Shown: one piece after another, positions 35,941-44,942 of the stretch
Numbering within the stretch: the first letter of the stretch is position 1
Layout: each line of letters starts with the position of its first letter
Virus record (IMG/VR): IMGVR_UViG_3300032116_000013
Location: 1-64,000 of that record
Source: a virus
Direction: 5' to 3' (one strand)
DNA length: 64,000 nucleotides
Notes under the pieces: generated by a model
Database searches by the model: none
Told to the model about the DNA's origin: nothing
The model's input: only the letters and a program-made list of their open reading frames with translations
Position numbers and translations under genes: made by a program

Positions 35941-36392
35941 AAACATTTTTAGATTTTTTAAAAGAAGAGTCTATTGACGTTCCATTCAAGTTGAGCGATC
36001 AGAACGTTGATACTCTGAATTCTGAATTAGAAGTATTAACTGATAAACCATATCAGAATGCACCAATATTCTTAGCGCAACTCAGAGGCACATTTGAGCG
36101 TTATGGGGTATTGCTTCCAGCAACGATGACGGATCAATTCCTAAATCTAGATGCTGAGATAACCTATGCTCTTCCTCAAAACCCTGGTTTCTACATCTAT
36201 ATCGTGTACAATACTAATGATAGTGGATATGTTGATGGTTATGCTCAGGTTGTCAGTCAGGATGAATTGGCTGATCTAAAGAACATGAGCACAGAGGATT
36301 TATTGGGTGATGAAGATGAAGCACCAATGAAGCCAAGATATCTACCAGCAAGAAGAGACGACGATAGCGGAAATAGTAACGAATACGTCTAA
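35937..36392 (+). CDS. predicted internal head protein with capsid-targeting sequence
   Basis: MKTFLDFLKEE resembles T4 CTS MKTYQEFIAE. Confidence 0.7.
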   Translation: MKTFLDFLKEESIDVPFKLSDQNVDTLNSELEVLTDKPYQNAPIFLAQLRGTFERYGVLLPATMTDQFLNLDAEITYALPQNPGFYIYIVYNTNDSGYVDGYAQVVSQDELADLKNMSTEDLLGDEDEAPMKPRYLPARRDDDSGNSNEYV

Positions 36393-36395
36393 TTT

Positions 36396-36782
36396 ATGTT
36401 TGAAAATTTGACTGAACAAAATATAGCAATGTATGCAGTGAAGTGTTATGATAAACCTAACTGCGTAGAAAGCGAATTCGATGAAGATTATAAAAGAATT
36501 CGATATATAAAAAGGCTACTCTATAGATATAGAGTGACTGGTGACATAAAAGAACGATTGTTATTAAACCATTTGGTTGTGACACAGAATGTATTTGGTA
36601 TTGAAGCAAGTACAAGAATGTTATTCTTTCGCATAGATCCTAAAGACTATAGCGCATTGAAAACCTTTCTAGTCTACACTTCTGCTATGCCAAATATTGT
36701 AAAGGGTATTAGAGGGCAGAACATTATCTCAAGTGATATTAGTTTAGATAATAAACTTGTAGATATATTGAGAAAACTTTAG
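36396..36782 (+). CDS. conserved T4-like hypothetical protein
   Basis: YDKPNC...EFDEDYKRIRYIKRLL...ERLLLNH motif of aquatic T4-like phages. Confidence 0.8.
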   Translation: MFENLTEQNIAMYAVKCYDKPNCVESEFDEDYKRIRYIKRLLYRYRVTGDIKERLLLNHLVVTQNVFGIEASTRMLFFRIDPKDYSALKTFLVYTSAMPNIVKGIRGQNIISSDISLDNKLVDILRKL

Positions 36783-36808
36783 AATCATTCATTATGCCAG
36801 ACATAGTT

Positions 36809-36837
36809 ATTGTATCATAAAGTCAATTAAAAGTCAA
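36809..36837 (-). promoter_or_regulatory. antisense sigma70 promoter
   Basis: minus strand TTGACT-17-TACAAT with extended -10 TGn. Confidence 0.6.
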
Positions 36838-36854
36838 ACTCTTGGAGTTTTTAA

Positions 36855-37910
36855 ATGTTTAAGTTTAAGCAATATATTGAAGAAGCCTACTCGAATATTC
36901 TTGTAGAAGCAGTATCCAATGACGACAAGGGTAAATTATTTGAACTCTTGCATGCCAGACATATGCACCCAGAGAAAACATTTCCAACTCATTATCGTGA
37001 TGAGATCTCTGGTAAGTCTCCAGAAGAAACTCATAACGCTATTAAAGCAAGAATTACACCAGCAGAATATAAAACAATTGATTCTCATGCTAAGTCTTCT
37101 GCTGAACATATGACTGCGCATTTAACCGAACAAGGTCACAATCCTAAGCATATTACTCATGTTGCTTGGACTAGCAATGGCGCTAAAGACGTTGCCAAAT
37201 TTACAGGTAAAGACGATCCAAATAACGATTCAGACGTTATGTATAGATTTAAGCATCCAAAAACTGGTGCTACAAAACATGTTGGCGTTGGATTAAAATA
37301 TGGTTCTCAAAAAGAGCCAAATATTCGCAATCCAGGTTTAGAAAGCCTCCAGTCCATGACTGGAGCCAAGACTTTATTAAGTAGATTTGCAAGCCATAAA
37401 AAGAAACTTTCTGCTTTAGGCTATACTGGTAGTGGAGAAAAGAATCACGAGCAATGGAAAAAAGAGAAAACATCAACTCGCGGTAAAGCAGCAAATGAAA
37501 GTAAACTTCAAACAACTCGAGCAATGGCTAAAGATATGCACAAAGCACTTTCTCAAAAATCTTCTGATGAATTGAAAGACTATGTTCGTGGAGTCGTAGC
37601 AGCAAAAACTAAAAGTCCAGTTTATAGAATGCATGCTCGCACTTCTCACAATGAGGCAGGATCAAGTGTGACGCATCATATCGATGAGCCATCAAAAGAT
37701 ATTGATACTCATTTGTCTCAATTTTCAGAATTAAAAATGGATAAACAAGGTAGCGGAATATCTGTTACTATTAAAGGCGTACACAAAGAAACTGGAAAAA
37801 CAGTAAATGTTTTGACGCATGCTGTTAAAGGTATAAGTGGACCAATGAAAGGTCTTGCTGCAACAACTAAACTCCCAGGATATCGTTCTGGAAATAAAAA
37901 GAAAAAGTAA
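36855..37910 (+). CDS. CTS-bearing PD-(D/E)xK nuclease-like protein
   Basis: MFKFKQYIEE; KGKLFE...DSDV...GVGLK. Confidence 0.6.
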   Translation: MFKFKQYIEEAYSNILVEAVSNDDKGKLFELLHARHMHPEKTFPTHYRDEISGKSPEETHNAIKARITPAEYKTIDSHAKSSAEHMTAHLTEQGHNPKHITHVAWTSNGAKDVAKFTGKDDPNNDSDVMYRFKHPKTGATKHVGVGLKYGSQKEPNIRNPGLESLQSMTGAKTLLSRFASHKKKLSALGYTGSGEKNHEQWKKEKTSTRGKAANESKLQTTRAMAKDMHKALSQKSSDELKDYVRGVVAAKTKSPVYRMHARTSHNEAGSSVTHHIDEPSKDIDTHLSQFSELKMDKQGSGISVTIKGVHKETGKTVNVLTHAVKGISGPMKGLAATTKLPGYRSGNKKKK

Positions 37911-38275
37911 TGAAAACATTCAAAGAATTTCTGAGCGAAGAAGCGCCAGCAAATTCAGTTGGCGCTGGAATGCAAGGATTGGGTTCTGCTCAAGGACAAC
38001 CGATTGCGGGATATGACACAATCCTCGCAAAGAAAATATTGCGTAGAAAGCCTCATGATGTTTTTGGTGGAAAGCCAGTATTCAAAGTGAATTCTGAAGC
38101 CTTTAACAAGGCATTGCACGGAAAGAAACACAGAAAGCATTACTCCAGTTATGTTGGTAGGGATGAAGTTGGACAGGAGATCAAAGAGTATGCTCGACAA
38201 AATCCAAATTCTCCAATAATTGTCCAAGATGAAATAACTGGAGCGATGTATTACTTAAAACACGGAAAGAGGTAA
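37910..38275 (+). CDS. predicted internal head protein with CTS
   Basis: MKTFKEFLSEEAPANSVG. Confidence 0.7.
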   Translation: MKTFKEFLSEEAPANSVGAGMQGLGSAQGQPIAGYDTILAKKILRRKPHDVFGGKPVFKVNSEAFNKALHGKKHRKHYSSYVGRDEVGQEIKEYARQNPNSPIIVQDEITGAMYYLKHGKR

Positions 38276-38278
38276 ACA

Positions 38279-38530
38279 ATGAAAGCAGTATCACTAATTC
38301 TTGCTGCTTTGTTATTGGTAGGTTGTGAAGGTGGTTATAGATATCCTTGTCAGGATCCAGAAAATAAGGACAAAGAAGAATGCAATCGTCCTGCTTGCGA
38401 GGCTGATGGATATTGCTACGATACATTGAATGGATTGCCACCAGAGCAATCAGAAACACAGGTTGAACAAGTTGAAGAAACACCAGCAGCACCTGCTGCA
38501 GATTGTAATTGCGAACAGAAAGGAGAATGA
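38279..38530 (+). CDS. Cys-rich lipoprotein
   Basis: lipobox LVGC; RYPCQDP...EC...C...C. Confidence 0.75.
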   Translation: MKAVSLILAALLLVGCEGGYRYPCQDPENKDKEECNRPACEADGYCYDTLNGLPPEQSETQVEQVEETPAAPAADCNCEQKGE

Positions 38531-38532
38531 TT

Positions 38533-38865
38533 ATGTTTAAGGGTCCACGTTATACTGAAACTGAATTGATGGCTCGATTGAAGTTTACTGTCGGTCTATC
38601 ACTCGCATTCACGCTCACTGGAATTGTTTTTGTTGTTCTGTACTCACTTATCTTTGTGACACAGCCAATGACTCAGTCTCCAAATGATGCCAAGTTCTTT
38701 GAACTCATCACACCAATTGCTACGTTCCTAACTGGTATTCTATCAGGCATTATGCTTGGCAAGTCAGAAGATAAAAAGGAAGAGCCAAAGAAGGAAGAAC
38801 CAGAAGTTCTTGCTCCAGAGCCAATGAAAGACGTTGTTGATGAGGTCGATGATCATATCGCCTGA
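38533..38865 (+). CDS. two-TM membrane protein (holin candidate)
   Basis: two hydrophobic helices, charged tail, directly upstream of endolysin. Confidence 0.6.
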   Translation: MFKGPRYTETELMARLKFTVGLSLAFTLTGIVFVVLYSLIFVTQPMTQSPNDAKFFELITPIATFLTGILSGIMLGKSEDKKEEPKKEEPEVLAPEPMKDVVDEVDDHIA

Positions 38866-38874
38866 GGTTGAATC

Positions 38875-40026
38875 ATGAGTCTAGCAGCACTACAAAAGAA
38901 AATTGGAATTACAGCCGACGGTTCTTGGGGTCCAGGAACTTTCAAAGCAGCGATGGATTTTTACAAACTATCGCCTGTTCGCGCTGCACATTTCTTTGCT
39001 CAAACGGCTCATGAGACTGGCGGATTCAAAGCATTCGCTGAGAATCTGAATTATTCGGCAAAGGGTCTTCGTGGAATTTTTGGAAAATATTTTCCAACAG
39101 ATGCAATCGCAGCACAATATGAACGCAAACCAGAAAAAATTGCTAATCGAGTTTATGCATCGCGCATGGGCAACGGTCCTGAAGCGAGTGGCGATGGTTG
39201 GAGATATCGTGGTCGTGGTGCGCTTCAACTAACTGGCAAGGATAACTATAAAGCCTTCGCTGATTATTGCAAGCGTCCAGACGTCATGAGCAATCCAGAC
39301 ATCGTTGCAACTGAATTGGCTTTCGAGTCAGCAATGTTTTTCTTCGAGCGCAATAAACTTTGGGCAATCTGCGATCAAGGAGTAACCGATGCTGCGATTT
39401 TATCCCTTACTAAGAAAATTAATGGTGGCACACACGGCTTACAAGATCGCTCGGATAAGACGAAGAAATACATTGGCTGGGCAACATCAGCAACACCAGC
39501 GCCAGTAGCGAACGTCGTTGCAAGACCAGTCGCCGAGGCACTCACCGTAACGCCAGATATGCAGTTATCTACACATTTCAAATTGAATGAGTTTACGAAG
39601 TCCGAAACTGCAATTCGTAAGCGCATAGATAACACTCCTGGACCTGCCCATGCTGCAAATCTTAAAAAAGTCTGCGAAAAAATACTTGAACCTGTTCGCG
39701 CGCATTATAATAAGCCTGTCCGTATTAATAGTGGCTACCGTGGTGCTGCCCTTAATGCTGCTGTTGGTGGTTCTAGTAAGTCTCAACATTGTAATGGGGA
39801 GGCAGTGGACTTCGAAATCGACGGACTCCCAAATCCAGACCTTGCAAAGTGGGTCAGCGAAAATTGTGACTTTGATCAAATCATCCTAGAGTTCTATGAT
39901 CCGAAAGAAGGACCAAATAGCGGATGGGTGCATGCTTCCTATTCTGAAGGAAAGAATCGCAAACAAATTTTGACAGCAGTGACAGTCAACGGAAAAACAG
40001 TCTATAAACCTGGCTTCGTAGTGTGA
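38875..40026 (+). CDS. endolysin: PG-binding + GH19 + M15 peptidase
   Basis: ADGSWGPGT; AQTAHETGGF, YRGRGALQLTG; SGYR, SQH...AVD, WVHASY. Confidence 0.9.
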   Translation: MSLAALQKKIGITADGSWGPGTFKAAMDFYKLSPVRAAHFFAQTAHETGGFKAFAENLNYSAKGLRGIFGKYFPTDAIAAQYERKPEKIANRVYASRMGNGPEASGDGWRYRGRGALQLTGKDNYKAFADYCKRPDVMSNPDIVATELAFESAMFFFERNKLWAICDQGVTDAAILSLTKKINGGTHGLQDRSDKTKKYIGWATSATPAPVANVVARPVAEALTVTPDMQLSTHFKLNEFTKSETAIRKRIDNTPGPAHAANLKKVCEKILEPVRAHYNKPVRINSGYRGAALNAAVGGSSKSQHCNGEAVDFEIDGLPNPDLAKWVSENCDFDQIILEFYDPKEGPNSGWVHASYSEGKNRKQILTAVTVNGKTVYKPGFVV

Positions 40027-40030
40027 TATT

Positions 40031-40876
40031 ATGAAAACATTGGAGGAGAAAAAACTCCTAGTGAAAATGGCAAGAGCATTCGGTCAGCCAGTTGACCCTG
40101 CGCTCGTCGAGTCCATTCGTCGCGAAGAAGAACTCACAAAATTATTATTTAAAGAAGAAAAGAAGATAGTTGCCTACGAAGAAGGGACAACTTTTTTAAA
40201 TCGCAAACCTATTTTTGAAGAACCTCAAGTTTTAACAGAGATCGCTCCACTTGACGAACTTCCGCCGCAGCCAGCTAAACCAGCCGAAACTAATTTACAA
40301 CCTCCAAAAGAAGAATTGGTGCAGCAAGTCGTTAATGTTCTTGGTCCAAAAGCAAATACTGCCAATAACTTCTATAGAGACAAAGAGATCGAAGGCATTC
40401 GTAAAACTCTTGCTGAGATGATGCAGAAGATTTCCACTCTTTCTTGGGGTGGCGGTGGTACTGGTATTGTTCGCATTTATGATGCTGACGATTTTGCAAG
40501 ATCGACAATACAAGACCCAAAACAATTTGTAACGTGGCGTAATGGTTACTTTCAATTAGATTATATCAATCCAAATGAAATTGTAGCAAATACAGTTTAT
40601 CTAACTTCAAATACTTACCAGATAACAAACGATGATTATTATATTGGCGTCAACGTTGCATCAAACGTAGTTGTTACATTGCCACCATCTTCTGATATAT
40701 ACACTGGAAGAGAATTTTACGTCAAGGATGAATCTGGGACAGCGGGATATCCTTATCGCTATATCGACATTTATCCAACAGCGCCAGATAAAATAGATAA
40801 TAAGAGTTATGTTCGTTTAAATATTAACAACGGCGGATTGAAGTTTATTTACCGCGACGGCTGGAGAGTCATATAA
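40031..40876 (+). CDS. virion/tail-associated structural protein (putative)
   Basis: GGGG linker; C-terminal DYYIGVN...VTLP...YVKDESG fibre-like domain. Confidence 0.6.
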   Translation: MKTLEEKKLLVKMARAFGQPVDPALVESIRREEELTKLLFKEEKKIVAYEEGTTFLNRKPIFEEPQVLTEIAPLDELPPQPAKPAETNLQPPKEELVQQVVNVLGPKANTANNFYRDKEIEGIRKTLAEMMQKISTLSWGGGGTGIVRIYDADDFARSTIQDPKQFVTWRNGYFQLDYINPNEIVANTVYLTSNTYQITNDDYYIGVNVASNVVVTLPPSSDIYTGREFYVKDESGTAGYPYRYIDIYPTAPDKIDNKSYVRLNINNGGLKFIYRDGWRVI

Positions 40877-42093
40877 TGTCACATTTATACAATAGAGAAG
40901 TTGATTTTATCTATCAGAGAAAGGACGCATTCGGGCGTTTGCGCGTTTCAAATCCAGTCACTCTATTTGACAGTTTCAATCGTTACATCGTGAATGACAA
41001 ATTTCACACAGCCAACAGCGCCACTGGTTCAAGCACAAGTTTCAATGCAAACACCAGCATGATTTCGATGAACGTCAATACTACTAGCGGAAATTACGTT
41101 TACAGAGAATCAAAAAGAGTTTTTGCTTATCAGCCTGGTAAATCACTTTTGATTCTAAACACATTTGTGATGAATTCTGCAAAAACTGGACTTCGTCAAA
41201 GAGTGGGTTATTTCGGATCACAAAACGGAATATTTTTTGAATTGGACGGGACAACTCTCAATATTGTGAAAAGAACAAATATTACGTCAACGCCAACTGA
41301 TAATCCAATTGCTCGCAATGACTGGAATTACGATAAACTTGACGGTAATGGTCCTTCTGGAAAAACACTTGATATTACAAAAGCGCAGATTTTCTTCATA
41401 GACATTGAATGGCTTGGAGTGGGTTCCGTTCGAACGGGATTTGTCATTGACGGCGAATACTGTTTGTGTCACACGTTTGAACACGCCAATATTCTTGCAA
41501 GCACGTACATGACAACTGCATGTCTACCAATCCGTTATGAGATTGAGAACACTGCAGGAACTTCTGGTAGTTCTACGTTGAATCAAATCTGCTCTACCGT
41601 GATTTCAGAGGGCGGTTATCAAATTACAGGCAGACCAAGATCAGTCGGTCAAGAAATAAACGCACCATATAGCATGGCTACTGCAGGAACTGCATACCCA
41701 ATCGTAGCAATGCGACTAAAAGCCGCTACGTCAGACTGTATTGTAACTCCAAGAACATTCTCATTCTTGGGACTTTCGAATGGAAACTATAAAATAAAAA
41801 TTATGAAAGATGTAACTGTCTCAGGCGGAACTTGGGTTGATTATGGCTCAGATTCGAACATAGAATATAACATAACAGGAACTTCGTTCACAGGTGGAAC
41901 AGAATTATCCTCTGCCTTCCTTTCGACCACTAACCAAGGCACAGGCGTTTTGAACCCTGTTGCTGACATTTTCACTTTCCAATTAGAGCGTAATTCATTT
42001 ACTTCTACGCCTTCAGTGTTCGTCCTCGCAGCAATCGGAAGCACCGCGACTATGTCTGCTTGCGCTGCTATTGATTGGCAAGAAATCACCTAA
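40876..42093 (+). CDS. virion/tail-associated structural protein (putative)
   Basis: DAFGRLRVS, YQPGKS, EWLGVGSV; Thr/Ser/Gly-rich beta protein. Confidence 0.6.
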   Translation: MSHLYNREVDFIYQRKDAFGRLRVSNPVTLFDSFNRYIVNDKFHTANSATGSSTSFNANTSMISMNVNTTSGNYVYRESKRVFAYQPGKSLLILNTFVMNSAKTGLRQRVGYFGSQNGIFFELDGTTLNIVKRTNITSTPTDNPIARNDWNYDKLDGNGPSGKTLDITKAQIFFIDIEWLGVGSVRTGFVIDGEYCLCHTFEHANILASTYMTTACLPIRYEIENTAGTSGSSTLNQICSTVISEGGYQITGRPRSVGQEINAPYSMATAGTAYPIVAMRLKAATSDCIVTPRTFSFLGLSNGNYKIKIMKDVTVSGGTWVDYGSDSNIEYNITGTSFTGGTELSSAFLSTTNQGTGVLNPVADIFTFQLERNSFTSTPSVFVLAAIGSTATMSACAAIDWQEIT

Positions 42094-42118
42094 TCGGTAC
42101 AGTTTTAGCATGTATATT

Positions 42119-42147
42119 GAGGGGCGACGTAAAACCGTCGCTTCTTT
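42119..42147 (+). terminator. intrinsic terminator-like hairpin
   Basis: GAGGGGCGACG-TAAAAC-CGTCGCTTCTT then T; short U tract. Confidence 0.5.
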
Positions 42148-42165
42148 GACGTGCACCTTTCAATA

Positions 42166-42173
42166 CCTAAATA
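42166..42173 (+). promoter_or_regulatory. late promoter for exported-protein operon
   Basis: CCTAAATA 32 nt before ATG 42206. Confidence 0.6.
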
Positions 42174-42205
42174 TGAGAACTGTAATTATTTTTTAGGGTG
42201 TTACA

Positions 42206-42790
42206 ATGAAATTAGGGAAATTGATTTGCTTGATGGTGATTTTAGTTTCTTCGCTATCAATAGCACAGGCTCAGACGACCACTACGAATACGACTGATCC
42301 AGTGCCTATTGTGACGGAATCTACGACGACGAGTACGGTAACAACGAACTCTACGTCGGAAACGACGCTAAAATCACCGCCACCATCTGCAATTTCCCCT
42401 ACCATCAACACCTCTAACAGCGACTTATGTACATTTGGCGTTGCGGGTGCTGTCCAAACTCAAATTTTGGGTCTCTCAACAGGGACTCAAGTTCGGGATA
42501 TGAATTGCGAAATGTTGAAGAATGCCAAGACGCTATATGATATGGGAATGAAAGTCGCAGCAGTCTCCGTTATGTGTCAAGATAGAAGAGTGTTCGATGC
42601 AATGATGAATGCGGGCACTCCATGTCCATATGATGGAATGATTGGTAAAGATGCGAAGGCTGCATGGAATGATAATCCTCAAATGCAGCCTGGTGTAAAT
42701 CAGAAGAAGCGTGGAGGCATGTCGGATGAAACTAAAACATTATTGGGCACTGGCGGCGTCGCTAGTTTGCTCCTCTTACTCTTACTCTGA
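42206..42790 (+). CDS. exported protein: signal peptide, Thr-rich linker, 4-Cys domain, C-terminal anchor
   Basis: signal ...SIAQA; Cys in DLC, MNC, VMC, TPC; tail SLLLLLLL. Confidence 0.75.
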   Translation: MKLGKLICLMVILVSSLSIAQAQTTTTNTTDPVPIVTESTTTSTVTTNSTSETTLKSPPPSAISPTINTSNSDLCTFGVAGAVQTQILGLSTGTQVRDMNCEMLKNAKTLYDMGMKVAAVSVMCQDRRVFDAMMNAGTPCPYDGMIGKDAKAAWNDNPQMQPGVNQKKRGGMSDETKTLLGTGGVASLLLLLLL

Positions 42791-43604
42791 AGATCTAGTA
42801 TTCGGTCAGACGCAGAACGCAGCGTCTGCTGGATATAATTGGGTAATGAAGAATATTCTGCCTCAAGTGGCAGGATTGCAAATCAATGGCGTGGTGTATC
42901 GTTACACGGCTGAGAAGAAGCCTGAAGACGATATGCTCGTTCACATTTCAAATTTAAACGCGAAAGGCGATGGCTATATCTTTCGCAATACTGACAACTG
43001 GTCTAAATTGCCAGGAAACACGATTCAGAAGTCCGTTCCAGTTCCTATTGTTTTTGCCGATAACTGGGGCGATGGATCTATCGACGTTGAAGGAAACGGT
43101 AGAGTTCTAGACGCTTCTGTCATTTACACTTTTCAATATGATCCTTGCTTTGATCCGCAAAGCAGCCCAGCATGTCCTGGATACAAGAATCCAGAATATA
43201 ATGTTGAGACCACTGAAATTGACGATCCACTGAACGATGAATACATTCGTAAAGAGTTTGAGCGTAAAGCCTCTTTAGATGAAGAAGATGAAAAGGAAAA
43301 GCAACGCGCAAGAGCAGCGGCGAATGCCGAGCGAAGACAGAATCGTATGGAAGCAGCATTGAGTGCTGTGAATACTGCTTTACTTACCGCTGACGCCGCA
43401 GTCGCTGCACAAAACTTTTTTACTCTTGCTGAAATTCCAAGTAGTTATGAAATTACAATTCCAGGTGGAGAATATAAAGACGCAATTCGTCTAGTTGATG
43501 CAAAGTTGCCTGATAACACCAGAGCACTTCGTAACAACTTGGCGCAACAGTTACTTCATGAGCAAATGGTTGACCTTCAGTATGCTAATCTAGAAACCGA
43601 ATAG
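42726..43604 (+). CDS. exported protein, 2-Cys, acidic helical C-terminus
   Basis: signal MKLKHYWALAASLVCSSYSYS; DPCFDPQSSPACPGY. Confidence 0.75.
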   Translation: MKLKHYWALAASLVCSSYSYSEDLVFGQTQNAASAGYNWVMKNILPQVAGLQINGVVYRYTAEKKPEDDMLVHISNLNAKGDGYIFRNTDNWSKLPGNTIQKSVPVPIVFADNWGDGSIDVEGNGRVLDASVIYTFQYDPCFDPQSSPACPGYKNPEYNVETTEIDDPLNDEYIRKEFERKASLDEEDEKEKQRARAAANAERRQNRMEAALSAVNTALLTADAAVAAQNFFTLAEIPSSYEITIPGGEYKDAIRLVDAKLPDNTRALRNNLAQQLLHEQMVDLQYANLETE

Positions 43605-43614
43605 GAGTAATTTA

Positions 43615-44121
43615 ATGTTCAAGAAATCACTAGCAATAGGATTTGTAATTGCTTTGTCTATGGTTACAAGGGCTTCTGCTGTAGAAGTTCCTATTGTTGG
43701 TAATGTTGCTGCGAAGTGCGTGATCGTTTCAGACACCTCAGGTGTTTATGGAAACCCAACCCCAGATAAACTCAGCACAGCAGCGGCAGATGGTGGCGTG
43801 CAACCAGTTGTACGTTTTGATGTATTACAGGCTAATTTTTTCAAGGCTGTAATCTCAACACCAAGAACATTCTCATCCAGCCCAGCGTTATCAGACGTTG
43901 TAAACTGGACAGGAAGCGTTTCTACTGCTCGTGTTTCTGATCCATTGATGTCAGCCTATGATACAAACAAGGTTGTATTCGATAACGTGACTGAGTTTGA
44001 TCTAACCGTTGCAGGAACCACCTGGTTCAAGGCAAGTTCAACTGCTGAATACGGTTATGATAAGGCACTTCCATCTGGAACATATCGCGCTGTGATCAAC
44101 GCAGAGTGCATCGCTAAGTAA
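43615..44121 (+). CDS. exported fimbrial/pilin-like protein
   Basis: signal ...RASA; VEVPIVGNVAAKC N-terminus; PSGTYRAVINAEC C-terminus. Confidence 0.55.
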   Translation: MFKKSLAIGFVIALSMVTRASAVEVPIVGNVAAKCVIVSDTSGVYGNPTPDKLSTAAADGGVQPVVRFDVLQANFFKAVISTPRTFSSSPALSDVVNWTGSVSTARVSDPLMSAYDTNKVVFDNVTEFDLTVAGTTWFKASSTAEYGYDKALPSGTYRAVINAECIAK

Positions 44122-44125
44122 TTAT

Positions 44126-44500
44126 ATGAAATATTTGTTATTTTTATTGTTCGGGTTTATGGGTATGCAGGCAGAGGGACACCAGTTCACCCCTGCATAC
44201 CCTAAACTCGAAGTATCCTATATAGATGATATACTCGTTGCTAAAATGGAGTTGTTCAACAGTAGAAACGACGTGACGTTCTACGAATTATCCGTGTTTG
44301 ATGGAAATTGGAATCCGATGCCATTCGCAACTACAGACAAAATAATTGAAGTTGGATATTTACAACGCAAGAACATTGAAATTTACGTTCGTGCTAAAGA
44401 CAAAGATAAAATTGTTTATATTTGCTCCAAATCTAAACTCAGTCCCGTTGGGGATCAGATTACGGTAATATCTTCGAGAATATGTTCGAAGGTAAAATGA
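44126..44500 (+). CDS. exported Ig-like protein (chaperone-like)
   Basis: signal ...QAEG; FTP...ELFN...YELSVFD; 2 Cys. Confidence 0.55.
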   Translation: MKYLLFLLFGFMGMQAEGHQFTPAYPKLEVSYIDDILVAKMELFNSRNDVTFYELSVFDGNWNPMPFATTDKIIEVGYLQRKNIEIYVRAKDKDKIVYICSKSKLSPVGDQITVISSRICSKVK

Positions 44501-44506
44501 GGATGT

Positions 44507-44941
44507 TTGATGAAAAATGTGATTTTATTTCTCATCATGTTCGTTATTTGCAGCGTTGGATTTGCGCAAACAAGTTCATTAAATTTGGCAATCCCTAACG
44601 CTCCGCAAAACTTTCAGTCCGATCGAATTCGTGCTGGTGAACTTGAATGTGATGCTGCAATTGGTTCGGCGACCAACGTTGAATTCGGCGTTGTTGGAAT
44701 TATCAATAATGGAAGTCCATATGATAATCTATCAAACAATGTGATCGTGAATCCGAATATGTCGAGCCAGTTAGTAAAAGACGTCGGTGTGTACGCAAGA
44801 ATTACCATTCCCATCGGCGCACCAAAGCAGCGATTAAATTGTAATATTCTTTATGAGTTGGAATTAGAAAAGAAACGATTGGAAGTTTTCAAATTGAGAC
44901 AAGAAGTTGAAAGGCTAAAAAATCTAAAGTTTGAGAACTAA
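44507..44941 (+). CDS. exported protein with C-terminal coiled coil
   Basis: signal ...VGFA; 2 Cys; ELEKKRLEVFKLRQEVERLK. Confidence 0.7.
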   Translation: MMKNVILFLIMFVICSVGFAQTSSLNLAIPNAPQNFQSDRIRAGELECDAAIGSATNVEFGVVGIINNGSPYDNLSNNVIVNPNMSSQLVKDVGVYARITIPIGAPKQRLNCNILYELELEKKRLEVFKLRQEVERLKNLKFEN

Positions 44942-44942
44942 A

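Noticed and set aside
36739-36804. 21-aa peptide from the antisense promoter (MSGIMNDSKVFSIYLQVYYLN)
   Set aside because: Too short, no SD, and only 4 nt after the -10 box; no evidence of translation
36855-37910. Homing endonuclease
   Set aside because: No GIY-YIG, HNH or LAGLIDADG motif; the CTS-like N-terminus suggests packaged cargo instead
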